Made by a program: the position numbers and the translations under genes. The notes below the pieces were generated by a model, which did not search any database, was not told the DNA's origin, and saw only the letters and a program-made list of their open reading frames with translations. Of a stretch of 64,000 bases of DNA, positions 32,478 through 42,422 are shown piece by piece (position 1 is the stretch's first letter; each line of letters starts with the position of its first letter). This DNA comes from a virus (taxonomy: Duplodnaviria > Heunggongvirae > Uroviricota > Caudoviricetes), in IMG/VR virus record IMGVR_UViG_3300044715_000866. The stretch is one strand, 5' to 3'.

Positions 32478-34676
32478 CTAACTAAAAAACTCTTTAACGT
32501 CTTTTACAATATTACCCAAACTAAATGGTTTATTTTTTGAGTCTTCTTGTGTTGATTCTTGCAATGACGCTCTACGACATTTTAATGTCTGTTCAAACAT
32601 TCCCATTCGAAACGAACTTGTTACGTTTGTAGGCGTATATAATCCACTAAATTGCATTAACGGTGTTGATGCAACTTCTCCATTAAACTGATACATACCG
32701 GTTGTTTGATCAATCTCAATTGGAGTTCTAAAATTAACTACTATATGTACTTCGCCAGACTGATGATTAATTGTGCCATCTAAATTTAAATTTGGATATT
32801 GTGTAGGTTTTGATGTATAATTACCAAATCCGCTATGATGTAAAAATGCAGGGTCGCCAACAATTCTCATATCAAGGTTAACCATATCATTACCAGAAAT
32901 TAATGCATCGTGAAATAGTTTAGCAGCTCGAGTTTTTGGTGAGTCTGACCCCCCGCCGCCGAACCCATCAGTGATTGATATAGTAGCAGTATAAGAATTA
33001 CGTTGCGGAGTTGATCCTTTTTCAGGGGTTTTTCCAAAAAACGATATTATATCATTAACAACACCGCCCGATTCTGAACTAGTTTTATCTGAAGTCTTTA
33101 CATCCTGAGATGATTTTGAATAATCTGCTGCTAGTAGTTGAGTGTAGGTGTTTTTTATTCCTATATCAAACGACAACACATCAATGTTTTTACCAGTATA
33201 CAAATAGTTGTACTCTTTTACTGCGCCAAGTAACAACTTATCATATCCTTGTGGTTTTTGATTAATTACAGTTAATCCCGAACTAGCATGTACATTATAA
33301 GGAACTACACGATATACAATTATTTTTGGTTTTACCCCAGTTGATGTATCATTTTCATGTGTTGAAACATTATACACCTGAATATCAATCTTCCACCATT
33401 TTTTATAACCCGATGGTGACGTGTTGTCTTCTTCAAGAGAACTAGCCGGATACTCACTTTGTAAAATTACTTGATCAATTGCATTAGGAATGCTAGAATC
33501 TTGTCTAAATTTAAAATCACTTTCGGCTGGGTTTGGTTCAGTTTTTCCTCGAACATTTACTTTTAGTTTCTCATCATACACAGTATCTTCAGTGCCGTAT
33601 GGTGCATCAGCTGCGCGGTCTGGTCCAAACCCTAACTTTGATTTTCCAATGTTGTTGCATTCATCAGCTTTTTGAACATGATATTTAACATCCGGAACAC
33701 TACTATCTTTTCCTTTTACACTTACTTCAGTTACTCCTAATTTTTTATATAGATCTTCTTTTGACCCAGACGTTGCACTTCCTGAATCTCCAGAATCATC
33801 TTTTTTATTAGATGCAATCGATGTTGGGAATATGATTAAAATCTCATCCGGTACTGCAATAATTCCATCTTTCTTAAATTGTTGAAGCCTTGCATTCCAC
33901 ACTGATTGCAAACTTTTATCACCAGTTTGTAATACTTCTTGAACAGTTGTTCCCTTAACTGTCATGTCGGTTTTTAAATGTGAATGTTCTGCACTTAGAC
34001 CTTGCGAATTCCAAACCAACCCTTTGATTTGATATGTACTACCAGTTTCATTAACTGCCATTTCAATTTGAGTAAAAGTAAACGGAATGTATCGTGTAGA
34101 GTTTGGAATAGGCTGCATTGTACCTAACTCATCATTACCTCGAAATTCAATTGTTAATAAGAACGGTGCTGCATTCCAGTTATGATGATCGGCTTCCCAA
34201 GCAGCTTGTTGACATGCCATGGTAAACAGTCCCATACTGTACGGTTCTTTTACTGTAAACGCGATATTCGTAGATGAGATGTTGTTTCCTTGCAAATAAC
34301 CAATTATACCTTCAACTGTTAGTTCGTCAACAAAGAAATCAAACTTACCGTAATCTGTATGAACTCGATTATTAGGATCAGCATTTGCTGACTTACAAAT
34401 AATTTGTAAAGGTTTTCCTTTTCGTTTACCTGGCTGTAACGTTACTCCTTTAAGATATGAGTTATCTGGGAAATTAACATCATTATCATGCAATGCGCTA
34501 ATAGTGATGATATAATCATACGTTGCATAATCATGCAATACATTTGGAATTGGCAACTCAATCTCTGGAATAGAATCAAAGTCTAACCCAAGATCTGATG
34601 CAAATTCTGATACATTTGTTGCTACTGTTTTTAAAACATCGTTTAGACCTTTAGTTGCTGCATCTATAAATGCCAT
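32478..34676 (-). CDS. Baseplate hub protein (gp27-like position)
   Basis: 732-aa ORF between the gp53-like and gp5-like genes. Assigned by synteny. Confidence 0.5.
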   Translation of the reverse strand: MAFIDAATKGLNDVLKTVATNVSEFASDLGLDFDSIPEIELPIPNVLHDYATYDYIITISALHDNDVNFPDNSYLKGVTLQPGKRKGKPLQIICKSANADPNNRVHTDYGKFDFFVDELTVEGIIGYLQGNNISSTNIAFTVKEPYSMGLFTMACQQAAWEADHHNWNAAPFLLTIEFRGNDELGTMQPIPNSTRYIPFTFTQIEMAVNETGSTYQIKGLVWNSQGLSAEHSHLKTDMTVKGTTVQEVLQTGDKSLQSVWNARLQQFKKDGIIAVPDEILIIFPTSIASNKKDDSGDSGSATSGSKEDLYKKLGVTEVSVKGKDSSVPDVKYHVQKADECNNIGKSKLGFGPDRAADAPYGTEDTVYDEKLKVNVRGKTEPNPAESDFKFRQDSSIPNAIDQVILQSEYPASSLEEDNTSPSGYKKWWKIDIQVYNVSTHENDTSTGVKPKIIVYRVVPYNVHASSGLTVINQKPQGYDKLLLGAVKEYNYLYTGKNIDVLSFDIGIKNTYTQLLAADYSKSSQDVKTSDKTSSESGGVVNDIISFFGKTPEKGSTPQRNSYTATISITDGFGGGGSDSPKTRAAKLFHDALISGNDMVNLDMRIVGDPAFLHHSGFGNYTSKPTQYPNLNLDGTINHQSGEVHIVVNFRTPIEIDQTTGMYQFNGEVASTPLMQFSGLYTPTNVTSSFRMGMFEQTLKCRRASLQESTQEDSKNKPFSLGNIVKDVKEFFS

Positions 34677-34677
34677 G

Positions 34678-34980
34678 TTAAATCCCCATTACTGTTTTTA
34701 ATTTACTTAGTTGAGGTATATATATTTGAACACCTGGTACAAAATCAAATATAGGATCTTGAATTACGTCTAAATTACGCTGTGTAAATACCCACCATAA
34801 CGCAGCATCATTATATAAATCAAACGCTAACAAATCAGGTCGATGTGTATATTGTGATTCAATAGTATACAAGTAATCAGATACATCAGCTGCAACTGCT
34901 CGAATTTTTAATATATCTAAGTATCCATTAGTAACTGTAGTTAAAAACCACGGACTTTTATTGCTATATTTTGCTGCCAT
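34678..34980 (-). CDS. gp53: Baseplate wedge LysM-like subunit (gp53-like)
   Basis: Y.I...Y..RPDLLA.DLY....LWWVF...N...I.DPIFDF..G..IYIP. Confidence 0.75.
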   Translation of the reverse strand: MAAKYSNKSPWFLTTVTNGYLDILKIRAVAADVSDYLYTIESQYTHRPDLLAFDLYNDAALWWVFTQRNLDVIQDPIFDFVPGVQIYIPQLSKLKTVMGI

Positions 34981-35906
34981 TATACATACCCAAAACTATT
35001 GTTAAGATAGCCGCCGGCTACAAAGTTGTCTAATCCAAACTTACGAGCACTTGTTCTGCTGTATGCAGGTGTTAAAACTATTGAAAATGAACTTTTAGTT
35101 GGAACATATGCAGTTCCGCCGCTTTTTGACATGCCAATACCCATTGAGTTTGCCATTGATGCAACTTCACCAACAGTATCGGCAATATCAGTAATTGTTT
35201 CAGTTATCTTTCCTAACCCAAATGATCCACCAATTGCGCTTGCAGCTGCACCAACTCCGCCGGCCATAGATGCAATTGCTCCTGCTAAACTAGTAGTTGT
35301 TTCAACTGGAATGTAATCACATTCTGCATTTAAACTTGTACTAAATGAGGTTACAACTACCGGAACATTATTAAAAACATAACTTCCGTACCCATTTAAC
35401 ATTACAATAGGTGGCGGATTTCCTGCTTTTGGATCGTTTCCTGAAAACATTTTTGTTACTGATCTAAAATAATGTAATGCTGCAATCCAATACAACGCTT
35501 GGTTAGCATCTTCAACATTCATTGGAGCATTGATTGTAATTGTACCTGGATCACTATGTTGATACGCTTGAAATTTAAAGTTTGAATGCACAGGTTGCAT
35601 TGATGTATAGGTTGCATTAGCTGACAAACTAATCAGTGGAGTGTATGGAAATATCATGCCGCCTGCATCTTTTAACGGTTTTAAAACCGGACTTCCTCTA
35701 AAACTCGGCCATGTTGGAAGTGTAAGGCGTACTCGCCAGTCATCGACAAACATGTCTTGAACTACTGCATAAACGCTCATTAAATCACCCGCAACTTCGC
35801 CTGCTCTAGGCAATGTTGCCGAACGTGTCATGCTTAAAAAATTACCTGCATTGCTTAATGCACCAATACCTGCACCAGCTGCTGCGCCTAATCCTGAAAA
35901 TGACAT
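34980..35906 (-). CDS. Tail-tube initiator / baseplate subunit (gp48/gp54-like)
   Basis: IFPYTP.I...Y....HSN...Y..S.PG.I.I...AGNPPPIV.LNGYG..VFNNVPVVVTSF pattern. First gene of the left operon. Confidence 0.6.
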   Translation of the reverse strand: MSFSGLGAAAGAGIGALSNAGNFLSMTRSATLPRAGEVAGDLMSVYAVVQDMFVDDWRVRLTLPTWPSFRGSPVLKPLKDAGGMIFPYTPLISLSANATYTSMQPVHSNFKFQAYQHSDPGTITINAPMNVEDANQALYWIAALHYFRSVTKMFSGNDPKAGNPPPIVMLNGYGSYVFNNVPVVVTSFSTSLNAECDYIPVETTTSLAGAIASMAGGVGAAASAIGGSFGLGKITETITDIADTVGEVASMANSMGIGMSKSGGTAYVPTKSSFSIVLTPAYSRTSARKFGLDNFVAGGYLNNSFGYV

Positions 35907-35929
35907 TATTATTACTCCTTTTATTGTAT

Positions 35930-35936
35930 TATTTAT
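35930..35936 (-). promoter_or_regulatory. Late promoter core ATAAATA for the baseplate operon
   Basis: Upstream of the ATG at 35906, back-to-back with a sigma70 promoter on the + strand. Confidence 0.6.
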
Positions 35937-35965
35937 TTGACTTTATTAAGTGTAGAGTTTATAAT
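35937..35965 (+). promoter_or_regulatory. Sigma70-type promoter upstream of gp55
   Basis: TTGACT (35937-42), 17-nt spacer, TATAAT (35960-65). Confidence 0.75.
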
Positions 35966-35975
35966 ATACTTGTAA

Positions 35976-36815
35976 ATGGAGATACAAAAAATGCTTACAC
36001 CAAAAGTAAATTACTTAAACAATAAAGATATGCTGTTAGAAATACATAGATCAAAAAGTTCGTATTGTGTCTTTACAGACCCAGCATATCATCAATACGA
36101 CCTTATTTTACCTAATATTGATAAAATAAATATCCGTACTATCGCTACTGCAAAACGGAATCAAGCAAAGCGTATAGGGGACTTAGCATATTTAACTAGA
36201 AAGAGCGAAGGCGAAAAAATTAAACAAGCAGAATGCGAGGTTAATTATAAAACTATTCCAAAAGAAGATGTAGTATTTAGAATTATGTCATATGAACATA
36301 TTCCGCTAAACGCAACAAGAAAGAAAAATCCAAAAACAGAAGCAGATAAACGAGAAAAAGTAAACTTTCCTCCGTTCCAACATTGGAAATTTATAGATGA
36401 TCAACTAGTATGTGTAGGCAAGAGCCACTGGAACGGCGACTTAGAAACTGGACATTTTGATAAAAATGCAGGTCAAATTACTAATACATTAGCTCGTATG
36501 ATGATTAAATTATGTGAACGCTATGCTACTAGAGGTAATGTTAGAGGTTATACCTACAACGATGAAATGCGTGGACAGGCAATATTACAACTAACACAAA
36601 TTGGATTACAATTTGACGAATCTAAATCAGATAACCCATTTGCGTATTTTACAGCAGCAGTTACTAATAGTTTTGTTAGAGTTATTAACATTGAAAAACG
36701 AAATCAAAACATTAGAGATGACATTTTAGAAATGAACGGAATGAATCCATCGTATACTAGAACAGGATCTGAAGAATATGAAAACGCAATGCGAAGATCA
36801 GACGAATATGAATAA
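35976..36815 (+). CDS. gp55: Late-transcription sigma factor (T4 gp55-like)
   Basis: YLNNKDML.EI and LARM..KL.ERYA.R.N.RGYTY.DEM.G.AI.QL....LQFDE.KSDNPFAYFT....NSF.R.I..EK motifs. Adjacent to gp47/gp46 as in T4. Confidence 0.85.
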   Translation: MEIQKMLTPKVNYLNNKDMLLEIHRSKSSYCVFTDPAYHQYDLILPNIDKINIRTIATAKRNQAKRIGDLAYLTRKSEGEKIKQAECEVNYKTIPKEDVVFRIMSYEHIPLNATRKKNPKTEADKREKVNFPPFQHWKFIDDQLVCVGKSHWNGDLETGHFDKNAGQITNTLARMMIKLCERYATRGNVRGYTYNDEMRGQAILQLTQIGLQFDESKSDNPFAYFTAAVTNSFVRVINIEKRNQNIRDDILEMNGMNPSYTRTGSEEYENAMRRSDEYE

Positions 36816-37035
36816 TACACTGGATATAGCACATCCTGCACTTGATGATGCTTATCAAATTCTTAAAGAAGAACACTTGGATGCTAAAGCTAGTTATATT
36901 GAAAAACTGTTTGAAGAAACTTATAAATGCAAAATAATTTTTGATAATAGATTTGGCGGTTCAGTTACATTTAACACAAACAAAGATTTAGTTTGGTTTT
37001 TATTAAAACACGACTCAACAGGAAATAATGGATAA
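36808..37035 (+). CDS. Small hypothetical protein (75 aa)
   Basis: ATG at 36808 overlaps the gp55 stop, and its own stop overlaps the gp47 start, suggesting translational coupling. Confidence 0.6.
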   Translation: MNNTLDIAHPALDDAYQILKEEHLDAKASYIEKLFEETYKCKIIFDNRFGGSVTFNTNKDLVWFLLKHDSTGNNG

Positions 37036-38041
37036 TTTATTTAAAAAAGCAGCAGTTTTTACAGATATCCACTTTGGATTAAAGTCAAATAGCAGTGTAC
37101 ACAATCAAGATTGTGAAGATTTTATAGATTGGTACATTGGTACTGCTAAAACAGAAGGGTGTGATGTTGGAATCTTTATGGGAGATTGGCATCACAATCG
37201 CAACAGTTTAAACATTACAACAATGGATTACAGTCTAAGAGCATTAGAGAAATTAGGCCAAGCGTTTGATAAATTTTACTTTTTTCCAGGTAATCACGAC
37301 CTATATTACAAAGATAAACGTGACATACACAGCGTTGAATTTGGCAAATATATCCCTGGAATTACAGTAGTTCATCATCCAACTACCATTGGGAATGTTA
37401 CATTATGCCCTTGGTTAGTACATGATGAATGGAAAGAAATTGGTAAGAAAGGTGCGAAATATATCTTTGGACACTTCGAATTACCTCATTTTTTTATGAA
37501 CGCAATGGTACAAATGCCTGATCACGGTGAGATTAGTTTAGACTCTTTTAGCAGTTACGAACTTGGTTTTAGTGGTCATTTTCACAAAAGACAGCAACGT
37601 GAAAACATGCATTACATTGGTAATGCATTCCCTCATAACTATGCAGATGCATGGGATGATGCAAGAGGTATGATGACATTAGAGTGGGGCGGACAACCAG
37701 AATTCTTTACATGGCCTAATCAACCTACATTTAGAACTGTTAAATTAAGTCAACTTTTAGACGATGCTGATAATATTCTTAAACCAAATCAACACTTAAG
37801 AGTAGCATTAGATATTGATATTAGCTTTGAAGAAGCTAGCTTTATTAAAGAAAAATTTATTGGAGATTACAAATTAAGAGAACTTAAAGTAATTGAAGAA
37901 CGCAAGTCAATAGATGTATCAAGCAACGTAGACATTGAAGCATTTGAAAGTATAGACGAAATTGTAGCAACTCAAATTGTAAATATTGACTCTGAAACTT
38001 ATAACAAAAACACATTATTATCAATCTATAGCAACCTATGA
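37028..38041 (+). CDS. gp47: Mre11/SbcD-like recombination nuclease (gp47)
   Basis: Metallophosphoesterase motifs DIHFG, GDWHH, GNHD, GHFE and GHFH. Confidence 0.92.
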   Translation: MDNLFKKAAVFTDIHFGLKSNSSVHNQDCEDFIDWYIGTAKTEGCDVGIFMGDWHHNRNSLNITTMDYSLRALEKLGQAFDKFYFFPGNHDLYYKDKRDIHSVEFGKYIPGITVVHHPTTIGNVTLCPWLVHDEWKEIGKKGAKYIFGHFELPHFFMNAMVQMPDHGEISLDSFSSYELGFSGHFHKRQQRENMHYIGNAFPHNYADAWDDARGMMTLEWGGQPEFFTWPNQPTFRTVKLSQLLDDADNILKPNQHLRVALDIDISFEEASFIKEKFIGDYKLRELKVIEERKSIDVSSNVDIEAFESIDEIVATQIVNIDSETYNKNTLLSIYSNL

Positions 38042-39801
38042 AAATACAAAATTTAACTGTAAAGAATTTTATGAGTGTAGGGAATCAAACTCAGGCTGTA
38101 GATTTTGAGAAAGAAAACTTAACACTTGTACTAGGAGAAAACTTAGATCAAGGCGGCGACGATGCAGGATCTAGAAATGGTACAGGCAAGACGACTATCG
38201 TAAACGCATTGAGTTATGCGCTTTACGGTACTGCTCTTACTAACATTAAAAAAGACAATTTAATCAACAAAATCAATAATAAGAACATGTTAGTTACATT
38301 GTCTTTTGAAAAGGATGGTAACACATACCGCATAGAACGTGGGCGCAAACCAACTGTTCTTAAGTTCTTTGTTAACGAAGAATCACAAGTTTTAGCAGAC
38401 GATGCACAAGGCGATATGAGAGAAACACAAAAAGACTTGCATCACTTATTTGGTATGAGTCATGATATGTTCAAACATATTGTTGCATTAAACACTTATA
38501 CAGAACCGTTCTTATCAATGAGGGCAAATGATCAACGAGAAATCATTGAGCAACTGTTAGGTATTACATTGCTAAGTGAAAAAGCTGAAACACTTAAAGA
38601 GCAAGTTAGACAAACCAAAGATACAATTTATCAAGAAACTGCTAATATTGAAGCTGCTAAAAAGTCAAATGAGCGTATTCAACAAAGTATTGATACTTTG
38701 TTATTAAGACAAAAAGCATGGTATAGTCAACAAGAAACTGATCTTGAAAAACTTGCTCGTGCTATTGTAGAAATGGAAAGTGTAGACATTGAATCTGAAA
38801 TTGCTAACCACGCGTTACTAAAAGATTACTTAGAACAACGTGCAACAATAGCAAGTCTTAACAAAGAAAAAGCAACTTTAGAGTCTGCATCAAGTCAAGC
38901 TACTAAAACTAGAGACAAATATGTTAGAGAAATTGACGCACTTGATAACAAAAAATGTCATGCTTGTGAACAAGAATTACACGATCACAAACACACAGAA
39001 TTATTAGAAACTGCCACACAACATTTGCTCGAATCACAGAAATATTTTGATAAAGTATCAAATGATTACAATAAAATATGCAATGAGCTAGCTAATATTA
39101 CAGTTATTGAAACTAGACCAGATACATATTATGACACACTTGAGCAAGCATTAAAACACCAAACTAACTTTAGATCTTTAGAACAACAGTTAGAAGTTAA
39201 AGCAGTTGACACTGATCCATACCAAGAACAAATTGACGAAATGCGGAATGCTGCATTACAAGAGATTAGCTGGGATAAGATTAACGAAGCAACTGCACTT
39301 AAAGATCACCAAGAGTTTTTGCTTAAACTACTCACAAATAAAGACAGTTTTATCCGTAAAAAAATTATAGATCAAAATTTAGCGTACTTAAACAATCGGT
39401 TAACATACTACTTAGATAAGATGGGATTACCGCATAATGTTGTATTCCAAAACGATTTAAGTGTTGAAATTACACAACTTGGACAGGATTTAGATTTTCA
39501 TAATCTTTCAAGAGGAGAAATGAATAGAGTTATTATTTCGTTAAGTTTAGCTTTTCGAGATGTATGGGAAAGCTTATATCAAAAAATTAACCTACTGTTT
39601 GTTGACGAATTGTTAGACAACGGGCTTGATTCAAACGGCATTGAGTGTGCGTTGTCAATCTTAAAAGCTAGAGCTAGACAATCAGATTCGTCAATTTGGT
39701 TAATTAGTCATAAAGAAGAATTAATCGGACGAGTAGACAACATATTGCGAGTTTACAAAGAAAACGGTTTTACGAATTACGATTATCCAACTATACAATG
39801 A
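38038..39801 (+). CDS. gp46: Rad50/SbcC-like ATPase (gp46)
   Basis: Walker A GTGKTT, coiled coil, zinc hook CHAC, signature LSRGE, Walker B LLFVDE and H-loop ISH. Confidence 0.92.
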   Translation: MKIQNLTVKNFMSVGNQTQAVDFEKENLTLVLGENLDQGGDDAGSRNGTGKTTIVNALSYALYGTALTNIKKDNLINKINNKNMLVTLSFEKDGNTYRIERGRKPTVLKFFVNEESQVLADDAQGDMRETQKDLHHLFGMSHDMFKHIVALNTYTEPFLSMRANDQREIIEQLLGITLLSEKAETLKEQVRQTKDTIYQETANIEAAKKSNERIQQSIDTLLLRQKAWYSQQETDLEKLARAIVEMESVDIESEIANHALLKDYLEQRATIASLNKEKATLESASSQATKTRDKYVREIDALDNKKCHACEQELHDHKHTELLETATQHLLESQKYFDKVSNDYNKICNELANITVIETRPDTYYDTLEQALKHQTNFRSLEQQLEVKAVDTDPYQEQIDEMRNAALQEISWDKINEATALKDHQEFLLKLLTNKDSFIRKKIIDQNLAYLNNRLTYYLDKMGLPHNVVFQNDLSVEITQLGQDLDFHNLSRGEMNRVIISLSLAFRDVWESLYQKINLLFVDELLDNGLDSNGIECALSILKARARQSDSSIWLISHKEELIGRVDNILRVYKENGFTNYDYPTIQ

Positions 39802-40526
39802 AACAGTCAATACCGTACCTTTACCAGTGGATTCACATACCTACTAATAAATGGTATATAGGATCAAAAACGCAAGCTGGGTGGAATCCAGCTTGCCATG
39901 AGAATTACCTGTGTTCAAGTAAAATAGTAAAGCCGTTAATTTTAGAAAATAGAAATGACTGGAGATATGAAATCTTAGCAATCGGCCCTGCATCATATAT
40001 AAGAAAATTAGAATCCGATTACCTTACAATTTTAGATGCTAAAAACGATCCTATGAGTTTTAATCAATCAAATGCTAAAATTGATCCAGGAAATAGATTA
40101 GGTAGAATCGAGTCAAAAATAACTCGTGCAAAGAAAAGTTTAGCAAGGCAAGGAGATAAAAATCCTATGTACGGTAAAAGGGGTGAATTAAGTCCACACT
40201 TTGGAAAACATCACTCTGCAGAAGTTAAACAAAAACAAAGCGATGGTGTTAAAAATTATGCAGCATTTCGCCCAGCAACACATAATGAAAATATAAGTAA
40301 ATCATTAAAAGGAAATCCTAAAGTAGGATTAAAAGGCGAAAAAAATCCAATGTATGGAAAATCTGCATCTGACTATAATAAACAAATGTCCAAGTTAAAA
40401 AATTCAGGAGATAACAATCCGATGAAGCAACTTAAACATCAACGAACATGCGAGCATTGTAACAAGACGATTGCAAAAAATCATTATACTCTGTTTCACG
40501 GTGACAAATGTAAATTAAAATCGTAA
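39798..40526 (+). mobile_element. Free-standing GIY-YIG (Seg-like) homing endonuclease with NUMOD3-like repeats
   Basis: N-terminal YLY-x10-YIGS motif and repeated NPMYGK / H(S/N)E..K..S motifs. ATGA overlap with the gp46 stop. Confidence 0.75.
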
Positions 40527-40530
40527 TAAT

Positions 40531-40556
40531 ATGCCACTTTATTTTTAGAGTGGCAT
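40531..40556 (+). terminator. Stem-loop after the GIY-YIG gene (terminator or processing hairpin)
   Basis: ATGCCACTTT / AGAGTGGCAT, 10 bp with one G-U. The U-tract is weak. Confidence 0.5.
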
Positions 40557-40567
40557 TCTCACGACTA

Positions 40568-40574
40568 ATAAATA
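40568..40574 (+). promoter_or_regulatory. Late promoter core ATAAATA
   Basis: About 20 nt upstream of the ATG at 40594. Confidence 0.5.
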
Positions 40575-40593
40575 GTTATTATATGGAATTATT

Positions 40594-40917
40594 ATGTTAC
40601 CAAATGAAGAATTACACGACGAAATAATGAATGCGTTTAATGAATACTTTAAAGCACATCAACGTTGGGTTACAATACAAAACTCGTCAACTGTTGTAGA
40701 TTTACGTAAAGAATTAATGGCTATGAGAAAACTTAGTATTAAGTTAAGAAAGTATTGTGAAGATCAACGCAACGTTGTACAGGATTGGCGTTACTATCAT
40801 TTTTCCCCTAAACAACCAAGTAAACGCGCTAAAGCATTGATAGCAGAGCGTGATCAAAAAATAAAAGATGGCACTGCAGATCCGATAACTAAAATAAAGA
40901 TCAAACACAGAAACTAA
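40594..40917 (+). CDS. Small basic helical protein, possibly DNA-binding
   Basis: 107 aa, Lys/Arg-rich. Function not identifiable from the sequence. Confidence 0.5.
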   Translation: MLPNEELHDEIMNAFNEYFKAHQRWVTIQNSSTVVDLRKELMAMRKLSIKLRKYCEDQRNVVQDWRYYHFSPKQPSKRAKALIAERDQKIKDGTADPITKIKIKHRN

Positions 40918-40926
40918 AGGAACAGT

Positions 40927-41445
40927 ATGCCAAGTAAGAGCAAATCAAAAGGGAACAGTTGGGAAAATACAGTATCAAAACATTTAAGCTCACTGTATAA
41001 TGCATCTTTCATGCGGGTGCCAGGCAGCGGTGCTTATATTGGAGGTAAGAATGCAGTACGTAAAGACTTCTTACATGAAGGACAAATACGTTCTATGAAA
41101 GGTGATATTGTGCCGCCATTAAATTGGAAACACTTTAATGCTGAATGTAAATCTTATGCTGATTTTCCATTTCATCAATTGTTTACTGCAGGTGAAATTA
41201 AGATTTTAGATACTTGGATTGAGCAAACTTTAGAAGTTGCTGATACAGATGATTTCAATATTATTATGATGAAGTTTAATCGCAAAGGCTCTTATGTTGC
41301 GTTTGAACATAAACATTTCAAAAAATTCAAACTACAAAAAAGTGTAGACTATTACTCCAAAAAGAACGGTAAATGGGTGTTTACTGATTACGATTCTTTT
41401 TGGAGTGAAAATAAAGATGTTGTTGAGAAACTTTCTAAAGTGTAA
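40927..41445 (+). CDS. PD-(D/E)XK nuclease, Holliday-junction-resolvase-like
   Basis: SKSKGNSWE...GDI......ECK.Y motif order matches Hjc-type resolvases. Confidence 0.75.
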   Translation: MPSKSKSKGNSWENTVSKHLSSLYNASFMRVPGSGAYIGGKNAVRKDFLHEGQIRSMKGDIVPPLNWKHFNAECKSYADFPFHQLFTAGEIKILDTWIEQTLEVADTDDFNIIMMKFNRKGSYVAFEHKHFKKFKLQKSVDYYSKKNGKWVFTDYDSFWSENKDVVEKLSKV

Positions 41446-42421
41446 GATCTGTTGAGTCAACAGGTTTATCTAATGAATTGATAATCTCATTAACATTTAA
41501 CAGTGGTATATTATATTTTGTTACTGCATACGTAGCAACATCACTACACAGACTAAGAAATTCGCTGTAGCTACTTGTCCATTTCATCATATTCATTCTA
41601 ACTAATACAAACTCAACGTTTCCTTTATGATATCCTTTCAACGGATCTAATCGATCTGGGCTTGATTTAAGTCCAGATAATCTACCTTGATCTAATTTTG
41701 TTTTTCCTTCATAAAATGGGAGATGTGTAAATGCACATTTCCATTCTTGTTTATTAATTAAATCCCATAAATCTTGATATGACATAGATACTGAAAATCT
41801 ATCCTCTATTTGTTTTCCGTCTTCTAACTTTTCTAACCTAGAAGTTAATCGATCATAAATGCTAGTTGCAGCAATAAACCACATTTTATGTTTAGTATCG
41901 TTGTTATTGTAGTCAGATGGTAGCGGACCTTTAATATTCCTTACATACTGTTGTATAGCTAATGATTTTTTATATCTTTCTTTCTCACGTTCTAACGGTT
42001 CTTTATATCTTTTATCCGAAGCTATTATTGCATCTGCATTGTAATTAAATGTTTCAATAGGTAAACCGGTGTATAAGCATTGCCTCCGTAATGAGACAAC
42101 TTTATACTCATTGGGTGTAAGTTCTGGTTTTATTGATAAAGCTCGTTTTATAAGTTTATATCGGTCAGAAATAATTTCAAAAACTTTAGCTGCACGGTCG
42201 TTATAAAAATTAAACATTTTTTCTGTAATTTCAAACGTTTCTCGAGAATCAAGTACTTTTGTAAGCTCATCTCTTACTTTATGCAATGACTCCATGTCAG
42301 TCCGTTGTAGATAAAATCCAAGAGGAAATGGATAATTTTTATATGGTTTTCCCTTTATATGTATTATAGTTTTTGTAAGTTTTTTTGTTAAAGTGTCTTT
42401 GTATTTCTCTGGTGTGCTCAT
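41435..42421 (-). CDS. Protein with C-terminal His-Me-finger (HNH-like) domain, paralogue B
   Basis: QEWKCAFT...SPDRLDPLKGYHKGNVEFV...NMMK. Likely start at 42421, two nt after the stop of paralogue A. The track start at 42436 is also possible. Confidence 0.6.
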   Translation of the reverse strand: MSTPEKYKDTLTKKLTKTIIHIKGKPYKNYPFPLGFYLQRTDMESLHKVRDELTKVLDSRETFEITEKMFNFYNDRAAKVFEIISDRYKLIKRALSIKPELTPNEYKVVSLRRQCLYTGLPIETFNYNADAIIASDKRYKEPLEREKERYKKSLAIQQYVRNIKGPLPSDYNNNDTKHKMWFIAATSIYDRLTSRLEKLEDGKQIEDRFSVSMSYQDLWDLINKQEWKCAFTHLPFYEGKTKLDQGRLSGLKSSPDRLDPLKGYHKGNVEFVLVRMNMMKWTSSYSEFLSLCSDVATYAVTKYNIPLLNVNEIINSLDKPVDSTDLTL

Positions 42422-42422
42422 T

